A stretch of DNA of 64,000 nucleotides from Isurus oxyrinchus (Eukaryota), in assembly GCA_026770705.1 (NCBI GenBank), contig JANJGN010000150.1, forward strand, positions 682,001 to 746,000, written 5' to 3'. Below are positions 63,735 to 64,000 of the stretch, one piece after another (position 1 is the first letter of the stretch; the number at the start of each line of letters is the position of its first letter). Both the position numbers and the translations under genes were made by a program. The notes under the pieces are model-generated. The model searched no databases. It was not told where the DNA came from and saw only the letters and a program-made list of their open reading frames with translations.

Positions 63735-64000
63735 TGGTGTAGTGGTATTGTTGCTGGATGAGTAATTCAGAGACCCAGGGTAATGGCCTGAGAATATGGG
63801 TTCAAATCTGACCATAATAGATGATGGAATTTGAATTTAATAAAAATATGAAAATCAAAGTCTAGCAATGACCACAAAACCATTGTTGGAAATCCCACCT
63901 GGTTCACCAGTGCCGTTTAGGGAACAAAATTGTCTGGCCGACATGTGACTCCAGACTCCACGTCAATGTGGTTAACTCTTACATTAGGGATGGGTAATAA
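63735..64000 (+). mobile_element. HE1-like SINE
   Basis: Same head, body and tail as 50400-50755. Confidence 0.65.

Overview
Vertebrate genomic DNA, most likely a shark or other elasmobranch (HE1/HER1-like and Deu-domain SINE/LINE repeats, recognised from memory), covering part of a tandem Siglec (CD22/MAG/sialoadhesin-like) cluster on the + strand. I assembled one complete inhibitory Siglec-like gene by hand from GT-AG sites and exon phases: leader 8823-8862, two V-set exons, one C2 exon, nine near-identical 282-bp Ig exons (one with a dead acceptor), TM exon and two cytoplasmic exons with ITIM and ITSM motifs, ending at 33294 (about 1252 aa). The window also holds duplicated tail exons of an upstream paralogue (1-2975), a MAG-like V-set pseudogene fused to a Gypsy gag/protease relic (46168-48400), a candidate small secreted-peptide gene (52533-56700), and two tandem promoter/leader modules of the next paralogue (59900-62310). 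Most notable: the second V domain has gained a BC-loop cysteine that could rebuild the Siglec interdomain disulfide, and an intronic Penelope element carries tandem hammerhead-like motifs. N runs lie mostly in CA/GA-rich tracts, so Ig copy number is a minimum. No databases were searched; identities quoted are visual estimates.
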